Positions 8,368 to 17,077 of a stretch of DNA of 64,000 bases are shown here, piece by piece (position 1 is the first letter of the stretch; every line of letters begins with the position of its first letter). Source of the DNA: Cyanobacteriota bacterium erpe_2018_sw_21hr_WHONDRS-SW48-000092_B_bin.40. GTDB taxonomy: Bacteria; Cyanobacteriota; Vampirovibrionia; Obscuribacterales; Obscuribacteraceae. Where the stretch lies: NCBI GenBank assembly GCA_030917395.1, contig JAUPUU010000106.1, positions 2,806-66,805 on the forward strand. Direction: 5' to 3'. Made by a program: the position numbers and the translations under genes. The notes under the pieces were generated by a model. It was not told where the DNA came from. It worked only from the letters and a program-made list of their open reading frames with translations, and ran no database searches.

Positions 8368-9330
8368 TCACTTAGAATCTGTTTTTTTCGCCGGTACAAA
8401 CTCGGCCTTAAGCGCATCTCGAAGCTTCACAGCCTCAGTTAGCTCTGGGTCGATGGCGGCTGCCTTCTCGAAGTCAGCAAGAGCTTCTTGATAGTGCTTA
8501 GTCTTCAGCAGGGCAAAGCCGCGCAAAAAAATAGCGTCAGCATTATTAGGCTTTCTCACCAGGGCCTTGTTGAGAAGCTCCGAAGCCTCAGCGTAGCGAT
8601 CACTTTGCATTAGCTCTCGAGCTGCAAGAACGTAGTAGCGATCTCCCAGATCAAAAGGGATAGTTTGAGCATACTTAAAAAGCCCATAGATAGAGGCAAT
8701 GAGCAGGAAAGTTCCCAGTACTGGATGCCTTGAAAGTGGCTTGTTACCACGGGGTAAATAGAAAGTACCGCAAAGAAAACCAGACACCAAGCCACCTAGA
8801 TGGCAAAAATTGTCAAAGCCGAAGGTAAAACCCAGCACAATATTGAGAACAAGAAATGCTGTAGCCGACTTACTACCAGCCAGAAATGCTTCTTTACCCA
8901 TCTCTTTGCGATGAGCAAAAAAGAAAGCAAATAGCGAACCATAAACTCCAAAAATTGCCCCCGAGGCGCCAGCCGAGACCACTCCCGGATTGAAGAGCAG
9001 ACTGAGGCAAGATCCACCGAAGCCAGAAATGAAATAGAGATTGACAAAGCGGCGAGTGCCAAAGAGTTCCTCCGCCGACTGACCCAAATTCCACAGGGCC
9101 GCCATGTTGAAAGCAATATGGACGAAGCCAATATGCAAGAACATAGAGGAGAACATGCGCCACCACTCACCATTAAGAGTGCGCGGACCGAAATTAGCCC
9201 CCCAGTGGAGAAGCATTTCGGAACTTGGAGCGCTTATTGCCTTGCCACCAGAAACCACACACATAGCGGCGAAAACCGCTAGGTTGGCAATGACTATCAA
9301 ACGTGTAGCCGGAAACTTACTTTCGGACAA
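8368..9330 (-). CDS. Rhomboid-family intramembrane serine protease fused to C-terminal TPR repeats
   Basis: Multiple TM spans, WRMFSSMFLHIGFVHIAFNM, a GASGAIFG catalytic Ser motif and a FCHLGG His motif. The C-terminus is TPR-like (YAEASELLNKALVRKPNNADAIFLRGFALL). Confidence 0.8.
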   Translation of the reverse strand: MSESKFPATRLIVIANLAVFAAMCVVSGGKAISAPSSEMLLHWGANFGPRTLNGEWWRMFSSMFLHIGFVHIAFNMAALWNLGQSAEELFGTRRFVNLYFISGFGGSCLSLLFNPGVVSAGASGAIFGVYGSLFAFFFAHRKEMGKEAFLAGSKSATAFLVLNIVLGFTFGFDNFCHLGGLVSGFLCGTFYLPRGNKPLSRHPVLGTFLLIASIYGLFKYAQTIPFDLGDRYYVLAARELMQSDRYAEASELLNKALVRKPNNADAIFLRGFALLKTKHYQEALADFEKAAAIDPELTEAVKLRDALKAEFVPAKKTDSK

Positions 9331-9420
9331 TATATCCCTTTCGAAGCTGGCCCTTTCTAAGTTAAGACTCTAGGCCGGCACTTTGGCAATTGAAAGCTAT
9401 CTTCATGCCTTCTTGCCTTC

Positions 9421-10938
9421 CTACCTTGCGGCCACAGCTTCGCTACTGACACCATATTGCAAGAGCAGCGGAGTGAGCTTAGCGTCAATTAGCTTCTTCG
9501 CCAAAACCAGATCAACTTGATCCGGTCTCTCTATATTGGAGCACAGTTCGTTCAAAATTTCCTCGCAAACCACACCAGCTTCAAGAGCGAGTTTGTATGG
9601 GTGGTTGCTGAAAGTGACTAGGGAGTAGCGAGAGCGATAAGCGCCAGCAAATTCTTTCTCTAAAAGCTTTTCCACACCCTTGCCGAGCAAGAATTTAGGG
9701 TCGCCTACTTTGTCGCGCATTTCAGTGAAGTTCTCAACCGCCATATCAGCTATGGCATCACAATTTGGTTTGCGTCGCTTGACCAATTCATCAAAAATGA
9801 TTTGCCAGTTATATACGCCTTCTTGCGCCCGTCGCTGCTGAGCAGCATCGGCTACGCTTTCTGGTGCCTCGGTTGAAACCTTCTCGCGTTGATCAATATA
9901 GAGACTGCCACCACGAGCAATGTGCTCATCAATACACTCTTCCAAGATAGTGAGATCTTCAAAACCACAGTTAGCGCCCTGACCAAAGAAAGGCACAATG
10001 GCATGAGCAGCGTCACCTAGCAATAGAGCTCGGCCATCAACGTTCCAGGGATAAGACTTCACCGTGTCCATATGGCCAGTGGGATTAGCGAAGAAATTGT
10101 CCACCAGATTTGGTATCAGAGGCACAGCATCAGCAAACTCAGAGTTAAAGAATTCCTCAACCGCTTCTCTTGTGGTCAAGCCCTCAAAGCTGTTCGGCCC
10201 GACAAAGGGCAGGAACAAAGTACAAGTGAAACTACCATCAAAGTTAGGCAAGGCAATGAGCATATAGGCGCCCCGAGGCCAAATATGCAGAGCATGCTTT
10301 TCCATCTGAAAAGCGCCATCAGGAGCGGCTGGAATAACCAGTTCTTTATAGCCATAATCAAGCCGTGATGAAGTGCAGTTATAACCATACTGCTCGGTTA
10401 TATCATCGCGAATCTTAGAAGCCGAGCCATCAGTGCCAATGACGATAGCCGCTTTCACGGCATACTCTGCATGAGGTTTTACCGACTCATCAACAAAAGC
10501 CACAGCATTGGTAGGAATATCCAAACCATCTGCCTTCTGTTGAAAATGGAAGCGCACAGCGCCAGTGGCTTCGGCTTTAGTCATGAGCATTTGATTGAGG
10601 CTAGCGCGCGAAATTGAGTTGATATACTCATCATCACTTTTGCCATAGGGTTGATAAGTCAACTCACCGGTTTTGGAGTGCATCATGCGGCCGCGCATGG
10701 GCACAGCTTGCAACAGCACATCATCATCAAGGCCAGCCAAACTCATGGCCTTTAAGCCCCTGGTAGAAATTGCCAGGTTAATAGAGCGACCAGCAGAAAT
10801 TTTCTCTTTGCGCATATCAACTCGACGTTCATAAACGTCGATCTTGAAACCACGCTTGGCCATCAATATTGCTAGAAGCGAGCCCACCAGGCCAGCGCCA
10901 ACAATTGCTATTTCAGCTTCTTTTGTTGCTTCAACCAT
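9421..10938 (-). CDS. kmo: Kynurenine 3-monooxygenase (FAD-dependent)
   Basis: Dinucleotide-binding IAIVGAGLVGSLLA, then GRSINLAISTRG and LLGDAAHAIVPFFGQGANCGFED. AAGGAAGG precedes the ATG. Confidence 0.85.
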   Translation of the reverse strand: MVEATKEAEIAIVGAGLVGSLLAILMAKRGFKIDVYERRVDMRKEKISAGRSINLAISTRGLKAMSLAGLDDDVLLQAVPMRGRMMHSKTGELTYQPYGKSDDEYINSISRASLNQMLMTKAEATGAVRFHFQQKADGLDIPTNAVAFVDESVKPHAEYAVKAAIVIGTDGSASKIRDDITEQYGYNCTSSRLDYGYKELVIPAAPDGAFQMEKHALHIWPRGAYMLIALPNFDGSFTCTLFLPFVGPNSFEGLTTREAVEEFFNSEFADAVPLIPNLVDNFFANPTGHMDTVKSYPWNVDGRALLLGDAAHAIVPFFGQGANCGFEDLTILEECIDEHIARGGSLYIDQREKVSTEAPESVADAAQQRRAQEGVYNWQIIFDELVKRRKPNCDAIADMAVENFTEMRDKVGDPKFLLGKGVEKLLEKEFAGAYRSRYSLVTFSNHPYKLALEAGVVCEEILNELCSNIERPDQVDLVLAKKLIDAKLTPLLLQYGVSSEAVAAR

Positions 10939-10961
10939 TTTTCGCCTTCCTTTTTAGAGCT

Positions 10962-12281
10962 CTACTTTTGCCCAGCAAAATTCTTTACCACTTCATAAAA
11001 TCGATAGACATCTTCAAAGGTGTTATACATAGCCGTTGGCGTTGCGCGAATTATATCTGGTTCGCGAAAATCGCAGACTACTCCTTTTTGTTTAAACTGC
11101 TCTAAAAGCTCTTTGCCATCGCCTTTAAAACGAATGCTGAGCTGACTGCCACGCTGAGCAATATCAGATGGCGTGATTATTGAGCAAAAGCCTTCAACTG
11201 AATTGAGCAAATATTCCATAAAAGCAGTGAGCTTATCGCCTCGCTGACGCAGCTTTGGCATGGTGGCTTGATCAAATAATTCTAGCGAAGCGCGCAAAGC
11301 TGCCAGTTGGAAAATCGGTGGATTGGAAAGTTGCCAACCTTCTGCACCGGGCATGGGGTCAAAGACTGGAGCCATTTTGAAGCGCTCTTCTTTATTGTGC
11401 CCCCACCAACCAGCAAAGCGTGGCAAGTCAAAAGAGTGACCGTGTTTTTCATGAACGAAGCAACCCGATAAACCACCCGGGCCAGCATTCAAATATTTGT
11501 ACGAACACCAGACGGCAAAATCGACTTGCCAATCATGCAACTTCAGCTCTAAATTGCCCGCACCGTGGGCGAGATTAAGACCAAACTGCGCTCCTTGGGC
11601 ATGGGCCTCCGCAGCAATTTTCTCGACCTCAAAAGCCTGGCCGGTAAGATAATTGACATTGCCCAAAAGCACTAAAGCAACTTCACCGCCATGCTGCTTG
11701 AGAGTGGCAAGAATATCTTCGGTCACAAGAGTATCAGCACCAGGTCTGGGAGTTAGCTCGATTATTGCAGTGGCTGGATCAAAGCCATGGAAGCTGGCTT
11801 GTGACGCGACAGCATATTGGTCAGAGGGAAAAGCATTTTTCTCTACGACGATTTTGTAGCGCTCTTTTGTTGGTCGATAGAATGACACCATCATCAAATG
11901 CAAATTGACAGTGAGGGTATTCATCACCACCACTTCAGACGGCTTGGCTCCTACCAGACGAGCACTCATATCAGTGACAAATTCGTGGTACGGCAGCCAG
12001 GCATGACGGGCATGCAAATGGCCTTCAACCCCAAGCTTAGCCCAATCTTCAAGCTCAGCATTGATATACTCTTTGGCTTTGCGCGGCTGCAGCCCAAGCG
12101 AATTACCAGCCAAATAGACACAAGAGCTGCCGCCACTGGCAGCCAGATCGCTAGGCAAAACAAACTGTTCTCGTATGTGACTTAACTGATCGCCTTGATC
12201 GAGCGATTTAGCAAATTCAAGAGAATTCTCAAACTGATAAGGCATCTGATTCGACTCGTTCTTTACTTTCAGGCTGTCCAT
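10962..12281 (-). CDS. kynU: Kynureninase (PLP-dependent)
   Basis: VYLAGNSLGLQP and WCSYKYLNAGPGGLSGCFVHEKH (PLP-Lys context) are typical of kynureninase. Confidence 0.9.
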   Translation of the reverse strand: MDSLKVKNESNQMPYQFENSLEFAKSLDQGDQLSHIREQFVLPSDLAASGGSSCVYLAGNSLGLQPRKAKEYINAELEDWAKLGVEGHLHARHAWLPYHEFVTDMSARLVGAKPSEVVVMNTLTVNLHLMMVSFYRPTKERYKIVVEKNAFPSDQYAVASQASFHGFDPATAIIELTPRPGADTLVTEDILATLKQHGGEVALVLLGNVNYLTGQAFEVEKIAAEAHAQGAQFGLNLAHGAGNLELKLHDWQVDFAVWCSYKYLNAGPGGLSGCFVHEKHGHSFDLPRFAGWWGHNKEERFKMAPVFDPMPGAEGWQLSNPPIFQLAALRASLELFDQATMPKLRQRGDKLTAFMEYLLNSVEGFCSIITPSDIAQRGSQLSIRFKGDGKELLEQFKQKGVVCDFREPDIIRATPTAMYNTFEDVYRFYEVVKNFAGQK

Positions 12282-12288
12282 TTTATCC

Positions 12289-12341
12289 CCTTGCTAATGC
12301 TTGCCTTGCTAATTCTTGCCTTGCTCGCTTTTGCCCTTGCT
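12289..12341 (-). repeat. Four phased copies of CCTTGCT (AGCAAGG on the mRNA strand), 15-16 nt apart, between nbaD and kynU
   Basis: Copies lie at 12289, 12304, 12319 and 12335. The last mRNA copy runs into the kynU Shine-Dalgarno (AGCAAGGGGATAAAATG). Confidence 0.6.
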
Positions 12342-13353
12342 AGTTCATGCCAAGCCACTCTAAAGCCGTTCCACTCAATAATCGCTCTTTCACATCGACA
12401 CTTACATCAGTCAACGACTCAATCATTTTGCCAGGCTCAGCTTCCATCAAGGGGAAGGGATAATCGCTGCCCAAGGCAATGCACTTTTCACCAAAAAGAT
12501 TGAGGATGAAACGCAGAACATTAGCATCGTGAACCAAAGCATCAACATAAAAACGACCGACATAGTTGCTAGGACAAATGGGATTATCCACAGCACAAAG
12601 ATCTTGGCGGGTAGCGAAGCCATGGGCAATGCGCCCTAAAGTCATGGGAAAAGCACCGCCACCATGGGCGAAGGCAACTCGTAACTTAGGCAAGCGCTCA
12701 AAAACGCCACCAAAGATCATTGAACAAATTGCTAGCGACACTTCAGCGGGCATTCCTACCAGCCAGGGCAACATATACTGCGACATGCGATTTTCTCCCA
12801 TCATGTCCCAGGGATGCACAAAAATTGCAGCACCAAGCTCACTAGCAGCTTCGAAAACAGGAAAGAGCCGCTCTTCATTCAAGTTCCAATCATTGACATG
12901 AGAGCCAATCTGCACTCCCCGTAAACCCAGCTCTTTAACGCAGCGGGTCATTTCTTTGATAGCTAAATCTGGATCTTGCATAGGAATAGTACCCAAGCCA
13001 GCAAAGCGCTGGGGATACTGACGCACAATCTCAGCAATGTGATCATTGAGGTGACTGGACAAATCAAGACAGTCTTTTGCCTGAGCCCAGTAACTGAACA
13101 TCACAGGCACGGTGGACAGAACCTGCATAGTGACGCCTAACTGATCGCAATCTTTGATGCGGGCAGAAGGCTCCCAGCAATTTTCTTCAATGTCACGAAA
13201 GAACTTGCCATCGTCACGCACCATCCGCGCACAGCAGGGCTTATGGTGATCAAGCTCAATGAAGCCACCGTAGCCATACTTGTCTTTAAACTTCGGCAAG
13301 TGCTTGGGCAAAATATGAGTGTGGATGTCGATCTTCTTCATGCTTATTACCAT
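12340..13353 (-). CDS. nbaD: 2-amino-3-carboxymuconate-6-semialdehyde decarboxylase (amidohydrolase_2)
   Basis: [10 protein letters not shown] (metal-binding HxH), FVHPWDM and LGSDYPFP are ACMSD-like. An alternative ATG lies at 13341. Confidence 0.8.
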   Translation of the reverse strand: MVISMKKIDIHTHILPKHLPKFKDKYGYGGFIELDHHKPCCARMVRDDGKFFRDIEENCWEPSARIKDCDQLGVTMQVLSTVPVMFSYWAQAKDCLDLSSHLNDHIAEIVRQYPQRFAGLGTIPMQDPDLAIKEMTRCVKELGLRGVQIGSHVNDWNLNEERLFPVFEAASELGAAIFVHPWDMMGENRMSQYMLPWLVGMPAEVSLAICSMIFGGVFERLPKLRVAFAHGGGAFPMTLGRIAHGFATRQDLCAVDNPICPSNYVGRFYVDALVHDANVLRFILNLFGEKCIALGSDYPFPLMEAEPGKMIESLTDVSVDVKERLLSGTALEWLGMN

Positions 13354-13363
13354 TTAGGTTCAG

Positions 13364-13906
13364 CTATTTAGGTTTAACAACTTTAGTGCCGCACTTCTTG
13401 CAGAGAGTATTTTCACTGGCGTAGAAGCGGTCAAAAATAGGTGGAAACTGGGTGGCAATATTTGTCAGAGGAAAATACTCTTCGTAGAGTTTTTCACCGC
13501 ACTTTTCGCAGAACCAGATAAAGCCATCTTCTTCACCAGGCTGCCGCTTCTGCTCAATAACTAAACCGACGGTATTGGCCGGACGCCGCGGAGAATGAGG
13601 CACGCTAGGCGGCAGCAAGAAAATCTCTCCTTGCTTAATTGCCACATCCTCATGCTTGCCCTGGTCAAAAACCTTGAGGGTGATATCCCCTTCCACCTGA
13701 TAGAAAAACTCTTCGCCACCGTTAACATGATAGTCAGTACGCGAATTAGGGCCGCCGACGACCATAACGATGACGTCACTGTCTTCCCAAATCAGCTTAT
13801 TGCCCACTGGAGGCTTGAGCAGATGACGATTGTCGTTAATCCAACCCATGAAATTAATAGGTGCAAGGCGAGACACAGAACACCCCCAAGCTTTGACTAA
13901 GGTCAT
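13364..13906 (-). CDS. nbaC: 3-hydroxyanthranilate 3,4-dioxygenase
   Basis: The cupin core has PINFMGWINDNRHLLKPPVGN, DYHVNGGEEFFYQVEG and PPSVPHSPRR. A C-terminal CxxC...CxxC site is present (CEKCG...CKKCG). Confidence 0.85.
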   Translation of the reverse strand: MTLVKAWGCSVSRLAPINFMGWINDNRHLLKPPVGNKLIWEDSDVIVMVVGGPNSRTDYHVNGGEEFFYQVEGDITLKVFDQGKHEDVAIKQGEIFLLPPSVPHSPRRPANTVGLVIEQKRQPGEEDGFIWFCEKCGEKLYEEYFPLTNIATQFPPIFDRFYASENTLCKKCGTKVVKPK

Positions 13907-14085
13907 AAGTCTACAAAGCCCGAAGGCCAGAATGTATATAAAAATGCCTACAACTTAGATAAATCAGATAAGCTTTATATCCGCTGTCTCATTGACTAAT
14001 CGGCTAAGCGGCGTGACTGGCGGCCTACGAACTCCCAGGGCCTGAGGCTATCTAAAACCAGAGAGTATCTAGAATCAGAAAGCAC

Positions 14086-15615
14086 CTAGGGCTTGAGAGG
14101 CAAGGGCTCAAATTCGTAGTACTTGCGCCCTGGAATTGGCGCCATATCATAATTAGTCAAAACAGCCTGCACCAGGTTAGGAAAGTCAACAATAGTGCGA
14201 CTTGACCCTGGCACGATTTTATAGGTTACATCTCGACTCAACTTGGCCCAGGCTTTCTCTGCTGAAGTGATGGCCGGGTCGTAAACAAGCAAATTGCAAG
14301 GCCCCTTACCTGCATTAATGCGAGCATAAACAACCCCAGGCATACGCCTCAGTAGGTAATTTAAGGCAGCCAACTTGCAATCGCATGACAAGTGCGAAGC
14401 GTCCATCAAGCTGGTTTTGTAGTGCAGAGCACTCCCGCTCAAATATTTGACGCCAGCAGCGATCGTGCCGGCTACGGCGAGACGGCGGGGCGACGGCTCT
14501 TGCGACAGCGACTTGCTGGCCAAAACCCTAAGCTCCGCCAGTGCCGCCGGGCGCTTTCCTTCCACAACCAGCCGAGCACAATGGGCTAGCACGTACTGAC
14601 CCTCTTCTGGGGCCAAGGCAGCGGCAGTGCCATAACACTGAGAGGCACTAGCAAAACATTTAGCAGCTTCAAAGTTGCGACCAAGAGCATAAAACAGTTC
14701 AGCATCAGCGCCATGGTTTGCGTTCACCTGGTCAAGAATAAAACGCTCCAGCTTAACAGTGGGCAGACCCCCACTAGAGGCCAGGACCGGACAGTTAGTC
14801 GACATAGCAAGCAGCAATTGGCGCTCGTTGACAGACCCAGTCATTAGGACCCTGAGATGAGGCCCGGCTACTTTCAGATTCTTTGCTGCTAGAGCAGAGC
14901 GCACTAGCATCTGCAGAATCTGCCGGCTTTCGGGCTGTAGTAGGTAAGCCTTTTGATAAAGGGCCAATGCCTTTTCTGGCTCATCAATAGCCAGGCAAGT
15001 CTTGCCCAAGCGATCAAGCTGCCCGGCGCGAAACTGCGCCGAACCAGAAGCGCTCAAGGCCAGAGCTTGAGCCCTAGTCAGTTCAACCTGTGCAGTTTTG
15101 ACGCTACCAGCTGGATCGTTGGCCTTGGTCTGCGCCAGCCCTAAGTGACTGAGAAAATCATCGGCCTTAAGCTCCACAGCCTTGGTGAAGATCTGCTGGG
15201 CATACTGCCTATCACCAATGATCTGCTGATATACAGCAAAATTGTAGGCCGCCTCAGGGTTCTTCGGTTCGGCTTCAAAGCGCTCGCGGGCGCGGTAAGA
15301 AAGCTCTGTCACATTCGAATAGATACTGACAGGGCTGCTGCCAGAACTATTAACAGAACTACTAACAGGAGCAGACTTTGATTGTGACCGAGGGTTAGAT
15401 TGCAAGTTAGATTGAGGGCGAGATTGAGACTGCGGAGCGGCAAGAGCTGGCAAAGCAATTTGCTGCAAGAAAAACACCGAAGCCAATAAGCCGCTCAGAG
15501 CGAAAACACTAGAGCTAGAGCGACTTTGAAACAAGTTACAAATTAGCCCTAGGCAAATCAAACCAGAAGTTAGAGCCAGTGCCAGGTGAGCTAAACACAC
15601 CCATACTGCCACCAT
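14086..15615 (-). CDS. Secreted TPR-like repeat protein; start uncertain
   Basis: A hydrophobic N-terminus and S/Q-rich linker are followed by TPR-like helices. The 1615-end start overlaps the upstream kinase by 80 nt. A TTG just after the kinase stop is an alternative start. Confidence 0.55.
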   Translation of the reverse strand: MVAVWVCLAHLALALTSGLICLGLICNLFQSRSSSSVFALSGLLASVFFLQQIALPALAAPQSQSRPQSNLQSNPRSQSKSAPVSSSVNSSGSSPVSIYSNVTELSYRARERFEAEPKNPEAAYNFAVYQQIIGDRQYAQQIFTKAVELKADDFLSHLGLAQTKANDPAGSVKTAQVELTRAQALALSASGSAQFRAGQLDRLGKTCLAIDEPEKALALYQKAYLLQPESRQILQMLVRSALAAKNLKVAGPHLRVLMTGSVNERQLLLAMSTNCPVLASSGGLPTVKLERFILDQVNANHGADAELFYALGRNFEAAKCFASASQCYGTAAALAPEEGQYVLAHCARLVVEGKRPAALAELRVLASKSLSQEPSPRRLAVAGTIAAGVKYLSGSALHYKTSLMDASHLSCDCKLAALNYLLRRMPGVVYARINAGKGPCNLLVYDPAITSAEKAWAKLSRDVTYKIVPGSSRTIVDFPNLVQAVLTNYDMAPIPGRKYYEFEPLPLKP

Positions 15616-16960
15616 GCTTTTCTATGCAATATTTTGCCACTAGTAAACTTTTGCCGTTGCCTAGAGCATTGGGATCGCCGTCTGTTGAAGGCTGCCTGAA
15701 GCGATCGAAAATAGCTTTCTTTTGATCTTCCGAAAGTCCACAACCGCGGTCGATGAACTCAACTCGCATGCGATCGGGTTCTTCCACAATCTGCACCCGC
15801 ACTTTGCTACCCCGAGGCGACACTTTAATAGCGTTAGACAAGAGTGTTTGAATCACCTGGAACATGCGCGCTTCATCGGCCATGACTTCGCCGTCGGGCC
15901 CGTTGATTTCAAAGACCAAATCAGCTTCGCGGATGTCATGCAACATCGAAAGCACACCCTGCTTCACCAGCACCATAATGCTGTTCGGGCTCAACTCCAC
16001 ATCAAAGCTGCCAGTCTCAAGTTTGTCCACTTCGACCATAGCGTCAAGGGCCAAAATTGCCTTCTGCATATCGCCAAGAGCGGCTTCGCCCCGACCCTTA
16101 CCTGGTGCGTCCAGATTGCCATAGAGCCCCTGCAGGGTTTGTTTGATAAAACCCATTGCCCTGGCCAAAGGCGTCTTAATCTGCTCTGACACCACTTCAA
16201 TAAACTTCTGCTTGATAGCAACAAGCTCAATTCTCTCGTTAATATCAAGAGCCGTGCCTAAATACATCAAGACACCGCCGACATTGATACGCTTCAATGA
16301 AAATTCGACTGATATCTTGCGGTCATGGTCAGTCTTGACCTGCATTTCGGTCTGCTTATCAACATAATTGAGCAATGTAGACTCAGCTTGCTTGCCCGTT
16401 CCGCTAATGGGAAAAACAGAATGAATCGGACGAGCATCAAGGCCAATGGCCCCGGTGTCCATCATATTTTCAAGAGCCTTATTAGCAAATTCAATTTTGC
16501 CTGAGGTCGTAGCCAAGAAAACCCCAACGGGCAGGGCATCTAGCACTATTCGCAATTTCTCTTTGCTCTCTTTGCGAGTATCCATCATGGGAGCAGCAGC
16601 GGCCTGCCCCTTGGCTTTCTCAGCCACTAAAAGCGTAGCGTTATCAACCTCTGACCATTGGGCTGTCCAATTCATGGAAACCACAACCTTGTCAGGACAA
16701 ACAATTCGTCCTTCAAACGACTTGGCCTGATTCATAAAACTAGTAGCAAGAAGTGCTTGCTGAGCCAAAAGCACATCTTCTGGATGAATAATATCAAAAA
16801 GCGAAGTGCCAAGAAGCTCGTTCGGCGAGACTTTCCAAGCAGCGAAACAAGTCGGGCTTACACTAAGAAAATGTCCATTGCCGTCTACCGACGCGATTAC
16901 TTCCACAGATACTTCACAGCCAGCTTTGAGGGATTTTAATGAACTGGACGATGCTACCAT
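15536..16960 (-). CDS. PAS-domain sensor kinase-like protein with an atypical H-box
   Basis: Two PAS-like regions precede the H-box position, which reads FIEVVSEQIKTPL (Glu where His is expected). HATPase_c is intact (LLSNAIKVSP, DRGCGLS, GNGKSLLVAKYCIEKHGGSMGV). Confidence 0.8.
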   Translation of the reverse strand: MVASSSSLKSLKAGCEVSVEVIASVDGNGHFLSVSPTCFAAWKVSPNELLGTSLFDIIHPEDVLLAQQALLATSFMNQAKSFEGRIVCPDKVVVSMNWTAQWSEVDNATLLVAEKAKGQAAAAPMMDTRKESKEKLRIVLDALPVGVFLATTSGKIEFANKALENMMDTGAIGLDARPIHSVFPISGTGKQAESTLLNYVDKQTEMQVKTDHDRKISVEFSLKRINVGGVLMYLGTALDINERIELVAIKQKFIEVVSEQIKTPLARAMGFIKQTLQGLYGNLDAPGKGRGEAALGDMQKAILALDAMVEVDKLETGSFDVELSPNSIMVLVKQGVLSMLHDIREADLVFEINGPDGEVMADEARMFQVIQTLLSNAIKVSPRGSKVRVQIVEEPDRMRVEFIDRGCGLSEDQKKAIFDRFRQPSTDGDPNALGNGKSLLVAKYCIEKHGGSMGVFSSPGTGSNFWFDLPRANL

Positions 16961-17077
16961 CTGTAGAAATAGCCAGTCAATATAAACACTATACTGGTTT
17001 CTCGACCGCTATAATTCAGAACGCTAAACAGTTAGAGAAAAGCAACAAAAACAACCCCGGCAACATGGAGTAAAGCG

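Noticed and set aside
12195-12503. A 102-aa plus-strand ORF spans the nbaD-kynU junction ([17 protein letters not shown]...).
   Set aside because: The Leu/Ala-rich stretch is simply the CTTGCCTTGCT repeat read in frame. The ORF overlaps two well-supported minus-strand genes.
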